A stretch of DNA of 64,000 nucleotides from NCBI GenBank assembly GCA_035700105.1, contig DASSOZ010000008.1, forward strand, positions 3,385 through 67,384. The letters are read 5' to 3'. Both the position numbers and the translations under genes were made by a program. Under the pieces are notes generated by a model. The model was not told the DNA's origin, searched no databases, and saw only the letters and a list, made by a program, of their open reading frames with translations. The stretch is from Acidimicrobiales bacterium (GTDB lineage Bacteria; Actinomycetota; Acidimicrobiia; Acidimicrobiales; DASSOZ01). Position 1 is the first letter of the stretch; every line of letters begins with the position of its first letter. Shown piece by piece: positions 1 through 9,179 of the stretch.

Positions 1-2209
1 GGTGGCTGCGCAGCGTCTCGGTCTCACCCGAGACGTGACCGCGCTCGGCCTCGACGCGACTGAGGGCGTCGGACGCCTTCGTCAGTCGCTTCGCGTTCGC
101 GTCGGCGGCGGCGATCGCGTCGGCCTCTTCCTCGCGCGCGATTCGCAGCCCGTCCTTCGCGTCTCGCGCCCGCTCCGCGGCGGCGCGCGCCGCGTCGATC
201 GCGACCTCGGCGCGCCGCACCGCTTCCTCGAGCGCGGCGCCGGTCGCGCCGTGCGCCGTCGTCCCGACCCGCCACGCCGTGCCGACGAACCGGTCGCCGT
301 CACGCGTCACGGCCACGACACCCGGATGGGCGAGCGCGACGTCGAGCGCCTGCTCCCATCCGCCGCCGACGACGACCGCCGTCGACAGCAGGCCGTCGAG
401 CAGCTCGTCGACGTCCTCGCGCGTGCCCCGCACGTGATGGCGCACCGGCTCGCCGAGCAGCGGCAACGGTGCGCCGACGTTCGCGCCCGTCGACGGCGAG
501 CCGAGCGCGAGCACCGCGCCCGATGTCTCGTCGCCTTTGAGCAGCCGCAGCGCCCGGCGGGCGACGTCCGGTGACTCGACGACGACCGCGGCCAGCGCCT
601 CGCCGATGGAGGCCTCGAACGCCGCTTCCCAACCCTCGTCGACGTCGACGAGATCGAGGAGCGTGCCGACGACGCCGTCGACGTCGGCGAGGCGTTCGGC
701 ACCGGCGCGGGCCCGCACCTCGTCGAGCGCCATCGACAGCGCGTCGGCGCGTGCCGTCCACTCCTGCCGTTCGGCGTCGGCGGCGCGCTGCGCGGCCTCG
801 GCGTCGGCCAGCGTCTGCTCGGCCGTCGCCCGTCGCGCGCCCGCGGCGTCGACCGTCGCGACCAGCATGGGCTCGGCGTCGCGCGCCGCGAGCTCCTCGT
901 CGCGGTGGCGCGCCTCGTCCTGTGCGAGACGCTCGTCCTTCTGCGCCAGCGCCGCGAGCCGGCCGTCGAGACGGCTGCCCTCGGTGCGGCCGCGCTCGAG
1001 CGAGGAGCGCAACGCCGCGAGCTCGCCGCGCACCTCGGCGGCCTCGCCGCCGACCGTCGTCGTCGCCGACTCGTCGTCGTCGGCGCCCCACTGCGCGGCG
1101 AAGTCGTCGCGCTCTCGTGCCAGACCGGCCTCGGCCTCGGCGACCTCGTCCGCCATCGGCACCAGCGCGGCGGCCTCGGTCTCGACCTCGCGGAGCTCAC
1201 CGCTGATGCGGGCGGCCTCGGCCTCCAGGGTGGCGATGACGTCGGCACCGAGCAGGGCACCGCGATCGCGCTCGGCCGACCGCCGACGCTCGGCGACGAG
1301 CGCAGCGAGCCCACGTGCGCGCTCACGCAGCGACTCGTGACGCGACAGCACGTCGGCGAGGTCGCCCGTCCCCGTCGACGACAGCGCCGCTTCCGCGGAC
1401 AGCACCGACGTGTCGAGCCGGGCGAGCGTCGACCGCAGCTCGGCCTCCACCCGCGCGAGGTCGGCCTTCGTCGCCGCCGTCTGCTCGGCGCGGTTGCGCA
1501 ACGACGTGATCTCGCGGCCGGCGAGGTGCAGGCGCAGCGCGGTGAGCTCCTCGACGACGGCGCCGTGTCGGCGGGCGGCGTCGGCCTGACGCTCGAGCGG
1601 GCGCAGCTGGCGGCGCACCTCGCGCAGCAGGTCGGTGAGCCGCACGAGGTTGGCCTCGGTGGCCTCGAGCCGGCGCTCGGCCTTCTCCTTGCGGCGCCGG
1701 AACTTGAGGACGCCGGCCGCCTCCTCGATCACCATCCGCCGGTCCTCGGGCTTGGCGTTGAGGATCGCGTCGAGGTTGCCCTGGCTGACGATGACGTGCT
1801 GCGTGCGGCCGACGCCGGTGTCGCTGAGCAGGTCCTGGATGTCGAGCAGCCGGCACGGCACGCCGTTGATCGCGTACTCGCTGTCGCCGTTGCGGAACAG
1901 CGTGCGGGTGAGCGTGACCTCGGTGAACTCGATCGGCAGCAGGTGCGACGAGTTGTCGATCGTCAGGCTCACCTCGGCCCGCCCCAGCGCCGGGCGCTTC
2001 GAGCTGCCGGCGAAGATGACGTCCTCCATCTTCTGGCTGCGGACGGTCTTCGGTCCCTGCGCGCCGAGGACCCACGCGACGGCGTCGACGATGTTCGACT
2101 TGCCGCTCCCGTTGGGGCCGACGACGACGGTCACACCGGGTTCGAACTGCAGCGTCGCCGACTCCGCGAACGACTTGAAACCCTTGAGCGTCAGGGACTT
2201 CAGGAACAT
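1..2209 (-). CDS. smc: chromosome segregation protein SMC, N-terminal ~736 codons (gene continues beyond window start)
   Basis: Absent from ORF track because it runs off the edge. Reverse-strand ATG at 2209 translates to MFLKSLTLKGFKSFAESATLQFEPGVTVVVGPNGSGKSNIVDAVAWVLGAQGPKTVRSQKMEDVIFAGSSKRPALG, an SMC head with Walker A GPNGSGKS. Position after rnc-mutM matches conserved synteny. Confidence 0.9.
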   Translation of the reverse strand, partial: MFLKSLTLKGFKSFAESATLQFEPGVTVVVGPNGSGKSNIVDAVAWVLGAQGPKTVRSQKMEDVIFAGSSKRPALGRAEVSLTIDNSSHLLPIEFTEVTLTRTLFRNGDSEYAINGVPCRLLDIQDLLSDTGVGRTQHVIVSQGNLDAILNAKPEDRRMVIEEAAGVLKFRRRKEKAERRLEATEANLVRLTDLLREVRRQLRPLERQADAARRHGAVVEELTALRLHLAGREITSLRNRAEQTAATKADLARVEAELRSTLARLDTSVLSAEAALSSTGTGDLADVLSRHESLRERARGLAALVAERRRSAERDRGALLGADVIATLEAEAARISGELREVETEAAALVPMADEVAEAEAGLARERDDFAAQWGADDDESATTTVGGEAAEVRGELAALRSSLERGRTEGSRLDGRLAALAQKDERLAQDEARHRDEELAARDAEPMLVATVDAAGARRATAEQTLADAEAAQRAADAERQEWTARADALSMALDEVRARAGAERLADVDGVVGTLLDLVDVDEGWEAAFEASIGEALAAVVVESPDVARRALRLLKGDETSGAVLALGSPSTGANVGAPLPLLGEPVRHHVRGTREDVDELLDGLLSTAVVVGGGWEQALDVALAHPGVVAVTRDGDRFVGTAWRVGTTAHGATGAALEEAVRRAEVAIDAARAAAERARDAKDGLRIAREEEADAIAAADANAKRLTKASDALSRVEAERGHVSGETETLRSH

Positions 2210-2277
2210 TGCGAGCGAGGGTAGCGGCGCCCCTCCCGGGTGCTCGCGGACCCAGCGGACGCCACCCGGTCGCGGCG

Positions 2278-3120
2278 TCAGACCTGGCAGTGGGCGCAGT
2301 AGAAGGTGGACCGTCCGCCGGACTTCTCCCGCACGATCGGGTTGCGGCAGCGGACGCACGCCTGGCCCTCGCGGTCGTAGACCTGGTGGAACGCCTGGAA
2401 GCCGCCGACCTCGCCGAACAGGTCGCGGTACTGCTCGTCCGCGAGTGACGACCCGCGGTGCTTGATGGCCTCGTTGAGCACGTCCATCATCGCCCGGTAC
2501 AACCGCCGGACCTCCTGCGCGGTGAGCGTGTCCGACGTCCGGTCACCCCGCAGCCCCGCCTCGAACAGGACCTCGTCGGAGTAGATGTTGCCGAGGCCGG
2601 CGATGACCTTCTGGTCCATCAGCAGCGTCTTGAGCTTCGTGCGCTTCGACCGCAACATCGACGCGAAGTCGACCCACGACATCACCTGCTCGTACGCGTC
2701 GAAACCGAGGTGGGCGAGCTCGGGCACCTCCGCCTCGAGGTCGTCCGGCGTCGTCACGAAGACCTCGCCGAACGTGCGGGGGTCGACGAAGCGCAGCTGG
2801 CCGCCCGTCGAGTACGACAGCACGACGTGGGTGTGCTTGAGCGGCGGCGGCGTCTTGGCGTTCTTCGCCGCCAGCAGCTGGCCGCTCATCCCGAGGTGCA
2901 CGACGAGGACGTCGCCCGAGTCGAGCCGCAGGAGCAGGTACTTGCCCTTGCGGTCGACGCCGAGGATCTTCGTCCCCGTCAGGCGCTCGACGAACGGCTT
3001 CTTCGTCTTGTGACGCCGGATCGTCCGCGTGCCGGTGACGTCGACGGACTTGATCTTCTTGCCGACGGCCTCGCGCTCGAGGTCCCGGCGGATCGTCTCG
3101 ACCTCAGGAAGCTCGGGCAC
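2278..3120 (-). CDS. mutM: formamidopyrimidine-DNA glycosylase
   Basis: ORF 2278..3390(-) trimmed to GTG at 3120, giving (M)PELPEVETIRRDLE, the catalytic N-terminal Pro-Glu. C-terminal zinc finger CVRCRNPIVREKSGGRSTFYCAHCQ. Confidence 0.95.
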   Translation of the reverse strand: MPELPEVETIRRDLEREAVGKKIKSVDVTGTRTIRRHKTKKPFVERLTGTKILGVDRKGKYLLLRLDSGDVLVVHLGMSGQLLAAKNAKTPPPLKHTHVVLSYSTGGQLRFVDPRTFGEVFVTTPDDLEAEVPELAHLGFDAYEQVMSWVDFASMLRSKRTKLKTLLMDQKVIAGLGNIYSDEVLFEAGLRGDRTSDTLTAQEVRRLYRAMMDVLNEAIKHRGSSLADEQYRDLFGEVGGFQAFHQVYDREGQACVRCRNPIVREKSGGRSTFYCAHCQV

Positions 3121-3763
3121 CCGCCTCCTCGGTCTCGGCCTCCAGTTGCAGGGCCTCCCACGCCACCCGGGCCGCCGCCTGCTCGGCCTGCTTCTTCGAG
3201 CGCCCCTCGCCCGATCCCCGGACATCACCGGCGATCCGGACCGTGGCGAAGAAGCGCTTGGCGTGATCGGGCCCCTCGTCGTCGACGGTGTAGTGCGGCA
3301 GCTGGTCGAACCGCCGCGCCGCCAGCTCCTGCAGCCGGGTCTTGAAGTCCTGCCCGCCCGGCCCCGCGGCCGCCTCCTCGATCCGGTCACCGAGCAGCCC
3401 CATGATCAGCGACCGTGCGGCGTCGTAGCCACCGTCGATGTAGACGGCGCCGATCACGGCCTCCATGGCGTCGGCGAGGATCGAGGGCTTCTCCCGGCCC
3501 CCGGACGCGTCCTCGCCCTTGCCGAGGTGCAGCGCCCGTCCGAGTTCGAGCTCGGCGGCGAGCTCGGCCAGCGCGCCGGCGTTCACCACGGCAGCTCGGA
3601 CCTTGGCCAGCTCGCCCTCGGGCAGGTCGGGATAGGTCCGGAAGATGTGGTCGGTGACGACGAGGCCCAGCACGGCGTCACCGAGGAACTCGAGCCGCTC
3701 GTTCGACTTGACGCCGGGTGTCTCGGCGCACCACGACCGGTGCGCCATGGCCCGCGCCAGCAC
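3104..3763 (-). CDS. rnc: ribonuclease III
   Basis: ERLEFLGDAVLGLVV signature and C-terminal dsRBD (GEGRSKKQAEQAAA). Conserved N-terminal residues continue upstream of the listed GTG to about 3832, where no ATG/GTG/TTG is available (see finding). Confidence 0.93.
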   Translation of the reverse strand: MLARAMAHRSWCAETPGVKSNERLEFLGDAVLGLVVTDHIFRTYPDLPEGELAKVRAAVVNAGALAELAAELELGRALHLGKGEDASGGREKPSILADAMEAVIGAVYIDGGYDAARSLIMGLLGDRIEEAAAGPGGQDFKTRLQELAARRFDQLPHYTVDDEGPDHAKRFFATVRIAGDVRGSGEGRSKKQAEQAAARVAWEALQLEAETEEAGARAS

Positions 3764-3828
3764 GGCCGGGTCGGCGAAGGTCCGACCGAGACGCCCGGCG
3801 AGGGCATCCAGCTCGGTCCCGTTCGCCG

Positions 3829-4125
3829 TCAGGACACCCCGAGTTTGGCGGACACGTAGTCGACGGCGTCGCGGACGGTCTTCAGGTCCTCGAGGTCCTC
3901 GTCGTCGATGCGGAAACCCACCGTGCGGTCGGCCAGCTCCTCCTCGAGCGCCTCGACCAGCTCGATGAGCGCGAGCGAGTCGGCGTTGAGGTCGTCGCCG
4001 AACGACGAGCCCTCGCTGATGGCGTCGGGCTCGATCTCGAGGATGTCGGCCAGGCGGTCGCGAATGAGCTCGAACACCTGCTGGCGATCCATCTCACCGC
4101 GCTCGACGTGGGTCTCTGCGGGCAT
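3829..4125 (-). CDS. acpP: acyl carrier protein
   Basis: DLNADSLALIELVEALEEE with the phosphopantetheine-attachment Ser (DSL). An alternative ATG at 4092 would give a typical 87-aa ACP. A TAGAAT -10-like box (4135..4140) lies 9 nt upstream of ATG 4125. Confidence 0.9.
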   Translation of the reverse strand: MPAETHVERGEMDRQQVFELIRDRLADILEIEPDAISEGSSFGDDLNADSLALIELVEALEEELADRTVGFRIDDEDLEDLKTVRDAVDYVSAKLGVS

Positions 4126-4149
4126 CGGCGCCGGATTCTACCCGAGGGA

Positions 4150-5106
4150 CTAGGGCTGGACGGCGGACCGCAGCCCGTCCACCACGCCGCCCTCGACCAT
4201 GTCGCGGGCGACGCGCACGGCGTTGACGACCGCCGACGCCGACGACGAGCCGTGGCTGATGATGCAGACGCCCTCGACCCCGAGGAGCATCGCCCCGCCG
4301 GTGTTGTCGGGGTCGAACTCGGCCGCCAGCGGCAGCAGGGCCTCGACGGCGCCCTCGACCCCGCCCACGGCCCCGGCCACGGCGCCCACGAGCGCCTTGA
4401 GGCCGCCCTCGAGGGTCTTGAGGACGACGTTGCCGGTGAAGCCGTCGGTGACGACCACGTCGACGTCGGTCGACATGATGTCCCGGCCCTCGACGTTGCC
4501 GATGAAGTTCACGCCCGCCCCACCGCCGTTGCGGAGCAGCGCATGGGTCTCCTTCACGAGCGGCGTGCCCTTGGAGTCCTCCTCGCCGATGCTCAGCAGG
4601 CCGACCCGGGGCTTGTCGATGCCGTAGCGGGTGGCGGCGAAGACCGACCCCATCTGCGCGAACTGGACGAGGTACTGCGGTGTGCACTCGGCGTTGGCGC
4701 CGGCGTCGAGCAAGACGGTCGGCGTGCTACCCGGGACCGGGATCGGCGTGGCGATCGCCGGCCGCTGCACGCCGGACAGGCGGCCCATGCGCAGCAGCGC
4801 CGACGCCATCGTCGCCCCGGTGTTGCCGGCGCTGACCATGGCGGACGCCTTGCCGTCACGCACGGCCTCGGCGGCGCGCACGAGTGAGCTGTCCTTCTTG
4901 CGCCGCACGCCGGTCGCGGGGTCGTCGTCCATGGCGATGACCTCGCTGGCGGCGATGACGTCGAGCCCCATGGCGTCGCCGATGAGGTCGGCGTTGCCGA
5001 CGAGGACGACGGGCACGCCGAGCTGGTCGGCGGCCTGGCGGGCGCCGGCGACGATCTCGCCGGGCGCACGGTCGCCGCCCATGGCGTCGACGGCGACGGG
5101 GAGCAT
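4150..5106 (-). CDS. plsX: phosphate acyltransferase PlsX
   Basis: MLPVAVDAMGGDRAP start and the SAGNTGATMA motif. Located between rpmF and acpP. Confidence 0.95.
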   Translation of the reverse strand: MLPVAVDAMGGDRAPGEIVAGARQAADQLGVPVVLVGNADLIGDAMGLDVIAASEVIAMDDDPATGVRRKKDSSLVRAAEAVRDGKASAMVSAGNTGATMASALLRMGRLSGVQRPAIATPIPVPGSTPTVLLDAGANAECTPQYLVQFAQMGSVFAATRYGIDKPRVGLLSIGEEDSKGTPLVKETHALLRNGGGAGVNFIGNVEGRDIMSTDVDVVVTDGFTGNVVLKTLEGGLKALVGAVAGAVGGVEGAVEALLPLAAEFDPDNTGGAMLLGVEGVCIISHGSSSASAVVNAVRVARDMVEGGVVDGLRSAVQP

Positions 5107-5128
5107 GGTCAGCGGAACCGGACCGGGA

Positions 5129-5308
5129 CTACTCGACCTCGATGGCCTGCCGGCCGTGGTACCACCCGCAGTTCGGGCACACCACGTGGGGCAGCTTCGC
5201 CTCCTGGCAGCGCGGGCAGATCGAGCGCGGCGGCTGCTCGAGGCGCCACGCGCTGGCCCGGCGGCTGCGGCTCTTCGACTTCGACGTCTTCTTCTTGGGG
5301 ACGGCCAC
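5129..5308 (-). CDS. rpmF: 50S ribosomal protein L32
   Basis: Not in ORF track (59 aa). GTG at 5308 gives MAVPKKKTSKSKSRSRRASAWRLEQPPRSICPRCQEAKLPHVVCPNCGWYHGRQAIEVE with a CxxC...CxxC zinc ribbon. Follows the DUF177 gene, as is usual. Confidence 0.9.
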   Translation of the reverse strand: MAVPKKKTSKSKSRSRRASAWRLEQPPRSICPRCQEAKLPHVVCPNCGWYHGRQAIEVE

Positions 5309-5320
5309 GGCTGGTCTTCC

Positions 5321-5833
5321 TCAGTCTTGGTCGGTGCGCAGCGCGTCCAGCGCCGCCCACCGGGGGTCGGGCTCGGGCTCGCAGTCGCACGGGCCCTCGT
5401 TCAGGTCGGCCCCGCACCGCGCGCACAGGCCGAGGCAGTCGTCCCGGCAGAGCGGTGCCTGCGGGAGCTCCAGGAGCACGGTCTCGCGCGCGAGCGGTTC
5501 GAGGTCGACCTGCTCGTGGGAGAGAGGATAGCTGTCCCCCTCGGTCGGACGCTCCTCGAACAGCTCACGGAACTCGGCGTGGACCTCGCCGGTGGCCGGG
5601 TTGAGGCATCGCCGGCACTCCCCCGCCCACTCGACGGACACCTCGCCGCTGGCCAGGACGCCCTCGTGGACCGACTCGAGGAGCACGTCGATCTCGACCG
5701 CGCTGCCGTCGATCACCCGGCTCCCGGTGACGGCGAGATCGCCGAGGACACCCTCCAGGCGCTCGCGCCGGCGGGCGCCCGGCTGGTGCAGGAGCTCGGT
5801 GACACCGACGCGGAACGGGTGCGGGGACGGCAT
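5321..5833 (-). CDS. YceD/DUF177 family ribosome-associated protein
   Basis: 170-aa acidic protein with C-terminal Cys cluster CRDDCLGLCARCGADLNEGPCDC. Sits immediately upstream of rpmF. Confidence 0.85.
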   Translation of the reverse strand: MPSPHPFRVGVTELLHQPGARRRERLEGVLGDLAVTGSRVIDGSAVEIDVLLESVHEGVLASGEVSVEWAGECRRCLNPATGEVHAEFRELFEERPTEGDSYPLSHEQVDLEPLARETVLLELPQAPLCRDDCLGLCARCGADLNEGPCDCEPEPDPRWAALDALRTDQD

Positions 5834-5870
5834 GGGCGGCCGTCCAGGCTACCGGCGCCCGACCCCAATC

Positions 5871-5922
5871 GTGCTTTCGGTGAGTTGGGGTCGCTATGGA
5901 CTACCCAACTCACCGAAAGCAC
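5871..5922. repeat. 52-nt palindromic element, family 1 copy A (19-bp perfect stem, 14-nt loop)
   Basis: GTGCTTTCGGTGAGTTGGG / CCCAACTCACCGAAAGCAC around loop GTCGCTATGGACTA. Related copy at 22247..22294. Confidence 0.85.
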
Positions 5923-5934
5923 GGGGGAAGGCGA

Positions 5935-6501
5935 CTAGAGCTCGTCCTGGTCGAAGAACGCCTCGGAGCTCTCCGACTCGGTCTCGATGGCGCCCGCCGC
6001 GCCGGAGACCTGCTGCGGGTTCGCGGGCGCCGCCCGCAGCCGCTCGCGTCCGGCGGCGACCTGCTTCGCCGTCCGCTCGAGGATGATCTCGAACTGGGCG
6101 AGCTTCTGGTCGGCGTAGTCCTCGGCCTCGAGCCGCAGCCGACGGGCGTCGTCGTTGGCCTCCTCGACCGTGCGGCGCGCCTTGGCCTCGGCGGCCCTGA
6201 CGATCTCCGTCCGCTGCACCATGCGCTCGGCCCGCACGCGGGCGGCGTCGAGGATGTCGTCGCCCTCGCGCTGCACCTTGTCGAGGAACTCCTGGCGCTC
6301 CTTCAGCAACCAGCGCGCCTGGCGGATCTCCTCCGGCAGCCGGGAGATCGCCTCGTCGAGCAGCTCGAGCAGCTCGTCCTTGTTGATCATCACCGACGCA
6401 GACAGCGGCATCGGGCGCGCGTTCGAGATCACCTCGTGGACGCGCTTGAGCAGGACCTCGGTGCCCGGCCGGTCCGATTGCTCCTCGTCGAAGAAGGTCA
6501 C
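5935..6501 (-). CDS. conserved coiled-coil protein (ATP-synthase-B-like / DivIVA-like annotation class), function unknown
   Basis: 188 aa, rich in E/R/A heptad-like sequence, high GC3. Occupies the slot between coaD and DUF177/rpmF seen in other actinobacteria. Confidence 0.7.
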   Translation of the reverse strand: MTFFDEEQSDRPGTEVLLKRVHEVISNARPMPLSASVMINKDELLELLDEAISRLPEEIRQARWLLKERQEFLDKVQREGDDILDAARVRAERMVQRTEIVRAAEAKARRTVEEANDDARRLRLEAEDYADQKLAQFEIILERTAKQVAAGRERLRAAPANPQQVSGAAGAIETESESSEAFFDQDEL

Positions 6502-6505
6502 GGGA

Positions 6506-7006
6506 TCACCGCCCCGCCTGCTTCTCCTTGAGGCGGCGGGCGACCGGCGGCGGCACCATCGACGTCACGTCGCCCCCGAAGCGGTTGACCTCACGGATCA
6601 GCCGCGACGCGAGGAACGAGTGCGACGACGCCGTGGGGATGAACAGCGTGTCGAGCCCGGACAGCGCCTGGTTCATCTGCGCCATCTGCAGCTCGTTCTC
6701 GAAGTCCGACACCGCTCGGAGACCCTTCACGATGATCGACGCGCCCACCTCGCGCGCCACGTCGACGACGAGCTTGCTGAGTGACGTGATCTCGACGTTC
6801 GGCAGGTGCGAGAGCGACTCCTCGAGCATCGCCTTGCGGTCCTCGAGGTCGAACAGCGGCTCGCCCTTCTGCGGGTTGCGCATCGCGGCGACGACGACGC
6901 GGTCGAACAGGCGGGCCGCACGCTCGACGATCTCGAGGTGCCCGTTGTGGAACGGGTCGAACGATCCCGGATAGAGCGCGGTGGTCAGGGCGTGGGTCTG
7001 CGGCAT
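6506..7006 (-). CDS. coaD: phosphopantetheine adenylyltransferase
   Basis: ORF 6506..7198 trimmed to ATG 7006: MPQTHALTTALYPGSFDPFHNGHLEIVERA (the nucleotidyltransferase HxGH motif appears as HNGH). Confidence 0.95.
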   Translation of the reverse strand: MPQTHALTTALYPGSFDPFHNGHLEIVERAARLFDRVVVAAMRNPQKGEPLFDLEDRKAMLEESLSHLPNVEITSLSKLVVDVAREVGASIIVKGLRAVSDFENELQMAQMNQALSGLDTLFIPTASSHSFLASRLIREVNRFGGDVTSMVPPPVARRLKEKQAGR

Positions 7007-7512
7007 GCGGTGACGACAACGGTAGTGCCGTACCGCTTTGCCCTGAGAACTTGCCACCCATGCCCGAGATCGGGTTCGCGGTCGGACTCGACGACGAGCA
7101 GCGGCGCGTTCACGGTGCCGGCGAGCGTGCGCCAGTCGTCGAACGCGTACGGCGGATCCGCGAACACCACGTCGACGGCGGGCGCGTCCGTCACCCACCG
7201 GAGGACGTCGCTCCTCACGACGGTCGCGTGCGCGCCGCCGAGGTCGGTCGCGGCGAGATTGTCCTCGATCGTCCGGATCGCGGCGGCGGCGTCGTCGACG
7301 AACGTGACGTGGCGCGCACCGCGTGAGAGCGCCTCGATGCCCAGCGCGCCGGTGCCCGCGAACAGGTCGACGACGGTCGCGTCGTGGATGGCGCCGATGG
7401 ACTCGAGTGACGAGAACATCGCCTCGCGGACGCGGTCGCTCGTGGGTCGGACATCGCGGCCCGGCGGCGCGTGGAGGCGGCGTCCCCTGGCGGTCCCGGC
7501 GACGACTCGCAT
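6985..7512 (-). CDS. rsmD: 16S rRNA (guanine966-N2)-methyltransferase RsmD
   Basis: C-terminal 175 aa of ORF 6985..8511 from ATG 7512: MRVVAGTARGRRL..RPTSDRVREAMFSSL..DLFAGTGALGIEALSRGA..FADPPY. Confidence 0.9.
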   Translation of the reverse strand: MRVVAGTARGRRLHAPPGRDVRPTSDRVREAMFSSLESIGAIHDATVVDLFAGTGALGIEALSRGARHVTFVDDAAAAIRTIEDNLAATDLGGAHATVVRSDVLRWVTDAPAVDVVFADPPYAFDDWRTLAGTVNAPLLVVESDREPDLGHGWQVLRAKRYGTTVVVTACRRPTP

Positions 7513-8781
7513 GGTCGGGTCGGACGGTACCCGTCGGTACTGTCCGGCCCCGTGCTCGCGCTGCTGCGGCGGAACCGCGACCTGCGGCTGCTGTTCGGCG
7601 CGCAGGTCGTGTCGTTCCTCGGCGACTGGTTCGCCGATGTCGCGCTGCTCGGCCTCGTGCTCGACCTGACGCACTCCGACGTCGCCGCCGCCGGGATCCT
7701 CGTCGCCGGCTTCTTCCCGAGCTTCCTCGTCACGCCGCTCACAGGCGCGGCGGCGGACCGGTTCGACCGGCGCCGCCTCGTGGTGGTGATCTCGTCGCTG
7801 CAGGTCGTCGCCGCGTTGACGTTCCTGCTGATCGGCGCGGGCACCGTGTGGATCGCGTTCGCCGGGCGGGCGCTCGTCGCCATGCTCGCGGCGTTCATCG
7901 TGCCCGCCACGTCGGCGGCGGTACCGAACCTCGTCGAGCCCGAGGATCTCGCCACCGCGAACGCGCTGCTGGGCGGCGTGTGGGGCGCGATGGTCGCCAT
8001 CGGCGCCGCCGTCGGCGGCGCGTTCGCCGCGGTGTTCGGGCGCGACGCGTCCTTCGTCGCCGACGCGGTGACGTTCGTCGTGGCGGCGCTGCTGGTCGCC
8101 CGGATCCGCCGGCCGATGTCCGCGGCGCGCGCGCCGGGCGAGGCATCTGCCCGCATGCGTCCGATCGCCGACCTGCACGAGGGGCTGGCGTACGCGCGGT
8201 CGCGACGCGACGTCCTGTTCCTGATGCTGTCCAAGGGCGGCTTCGGGTTGGCGTCCGGCGTCGTGGCGCTGCTCGCCGTCCTTGCGACGGACACGTTCCA
8301 CGGCGGCGACGGGTCCATCGGGTTGCTGCTCGCCGCGCGGGGGTTGGGCGCGCTGCTCGGCCCGATCCTCGCCCGCCGGTTCACCGCCGGCGGCGTTCCC
8401 GGGATCCTGACCGCGTGCGGCTTCGGCGGGTTCCTGTACGGCGCCGGCTACGTCTTCGTGTCGGCGTCGCCCACGCTGGCGTTCGCGTGCGCGTTCGTGC
8501 TCGTCGCCCACCTCGCGGCCGGCGCGCAGTGGACGTTGTCGACGATCGGTCTGCAGATCGCCGTGCCCGATTCGCTGCGCGGTCGCATCTTCGCGACCGA
8601 CTTCGCGTTCGTGACGCTGACGACGTCGGTCTCGTACCTCGTCGCCGGCTCGTTGTCGTCGGCGATGGGGCCGCGGCCGGTCCTCGCCGGCTTCTCGACG
8701 ATCGCGGTGACGTGGGCACTCGTGTACCTGTCGGTCACCCGCTCGGTGCGCGCCGGGGCCGGTACGGTCGCCGCCTCGTGA
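7471..8781 (+). CDS. MFS transporter
   Basis: 436 aa with about 12 hydrophobic segments; RNRDLRLLFGAQVVSFLGDWF is typical of EntS/DUF894-type MFS. The start may be GTG 7552, because 7471 overlaps the rsmD 5' end. Confidence 0.85.
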   Translation: MEAASPGGPGDDSHGRVGRYPSVLSGPVLALLRRNRDLRLLFGAQVVSFLGDWFADVALLGLVLDLTHSDVAAAGILVAGFFPSFLVTPLTGAAADRFDRRRLVVVISSLQVVAALTFLLIGAGTVWIAFAGRALVAMLAAFIVPATSAAVPNLVEPEDLATANALLGGVWGAMVAIGAAVGGAFAAVFGRDASFVADAVTFVVAALLVARIRRPMSAARAPGEASARMRPIADLHEGLAYARSRRDVLFLMLSKGGFGLASGVVALLAVLATDTFHGGDGSIGLLLAARGLGALLGPILARRFTAGGVPGILTACGFGGFLYGAGYVFVSASPTLAFACAFVLVAHLAAGAQWTLSTIGLQIAVPDSLRGRIFATDFAFVTLTTSVSYLVAGSLSSAMGPRPVLAGFSTIAVTWALVYLSVTRSVRAGAGTVAAS

Positions 8782-9179
8782 GCGCTGGCGACGACCGCTC
8801 GGTCGGCTCGATGGGCTTGTCGTTCGCGGTCGACGGCGACCGGGTGGTCGCGACGTTCACGCCGCGCCACGAGCACCGCGGGGCGCCGGGCTTCCTCCAC
8901 GGCGGCTTCGCGGCGATGGCGCTCGACGAGACGCTCGCCGCGGTCGGTTGGCTGCTCGACGGGCAGCACGTCGTCACCGCGACACTGGAGCTGCGGTACC
9001 GGCATCCGGTGCCGCTGGCGGCGGGGCCGTTGCGCGTCGAGGCGTGGCGGGTCGACGCGCGCGGGTCGTCACGCCGCTGGCGCGTCGAGGGCCGCCTGCT
9101 GCTGGCGGACGGCACCGTCGCGGTCGAGGGGCGGGGGGTCTTCGTCGCCGCGCCGGAGTCGATGAGGATGGCGCCATGA
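8778..9179 (+). CDS. PaaI/hotdog-fold thioesterase family protein
   Basis: Tail of ORF 7323..9179: HEHRGAPGFLHGGFAAMALDETLA. GTG 8778 overlaps the MFS stop (GTGA); alternative ATG at 8811. Confidence 0.75.
   Translation: MSAGDDRSVGSMGLSFAVDGDRVVATFTPRHEHRGAPGFLHGGFAAMALDETLAAVGWLLDGQHVVTATLELRYRHPVPLAAGPLRVEAWRVDARGSSRRWRVEGRLLLADGTVAVEGRGVFVAAPESMRMAP

Noticed and set aside
905-2224. Long forward ORFs (for example 905..2224, 537..1340, 1635..2465) and reverse ORFs in other frames overlapping the smc region
   Set aside because: Their Arg/Ala/Pro-rich, low-complexity translations are typical of shadow frames in ~70% GC DNA. The reverse frame starting at 2209 gives an unmistakable SMC head domain instead.
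5896-6531. Forward ORF starting at the ATG in the loop of palindromic element A
   Set aside because: It is antisense to the well-supported coiled-coil gene and its translation is junk-like. The ATG is part of the conserved loop motif TCGCTATG.
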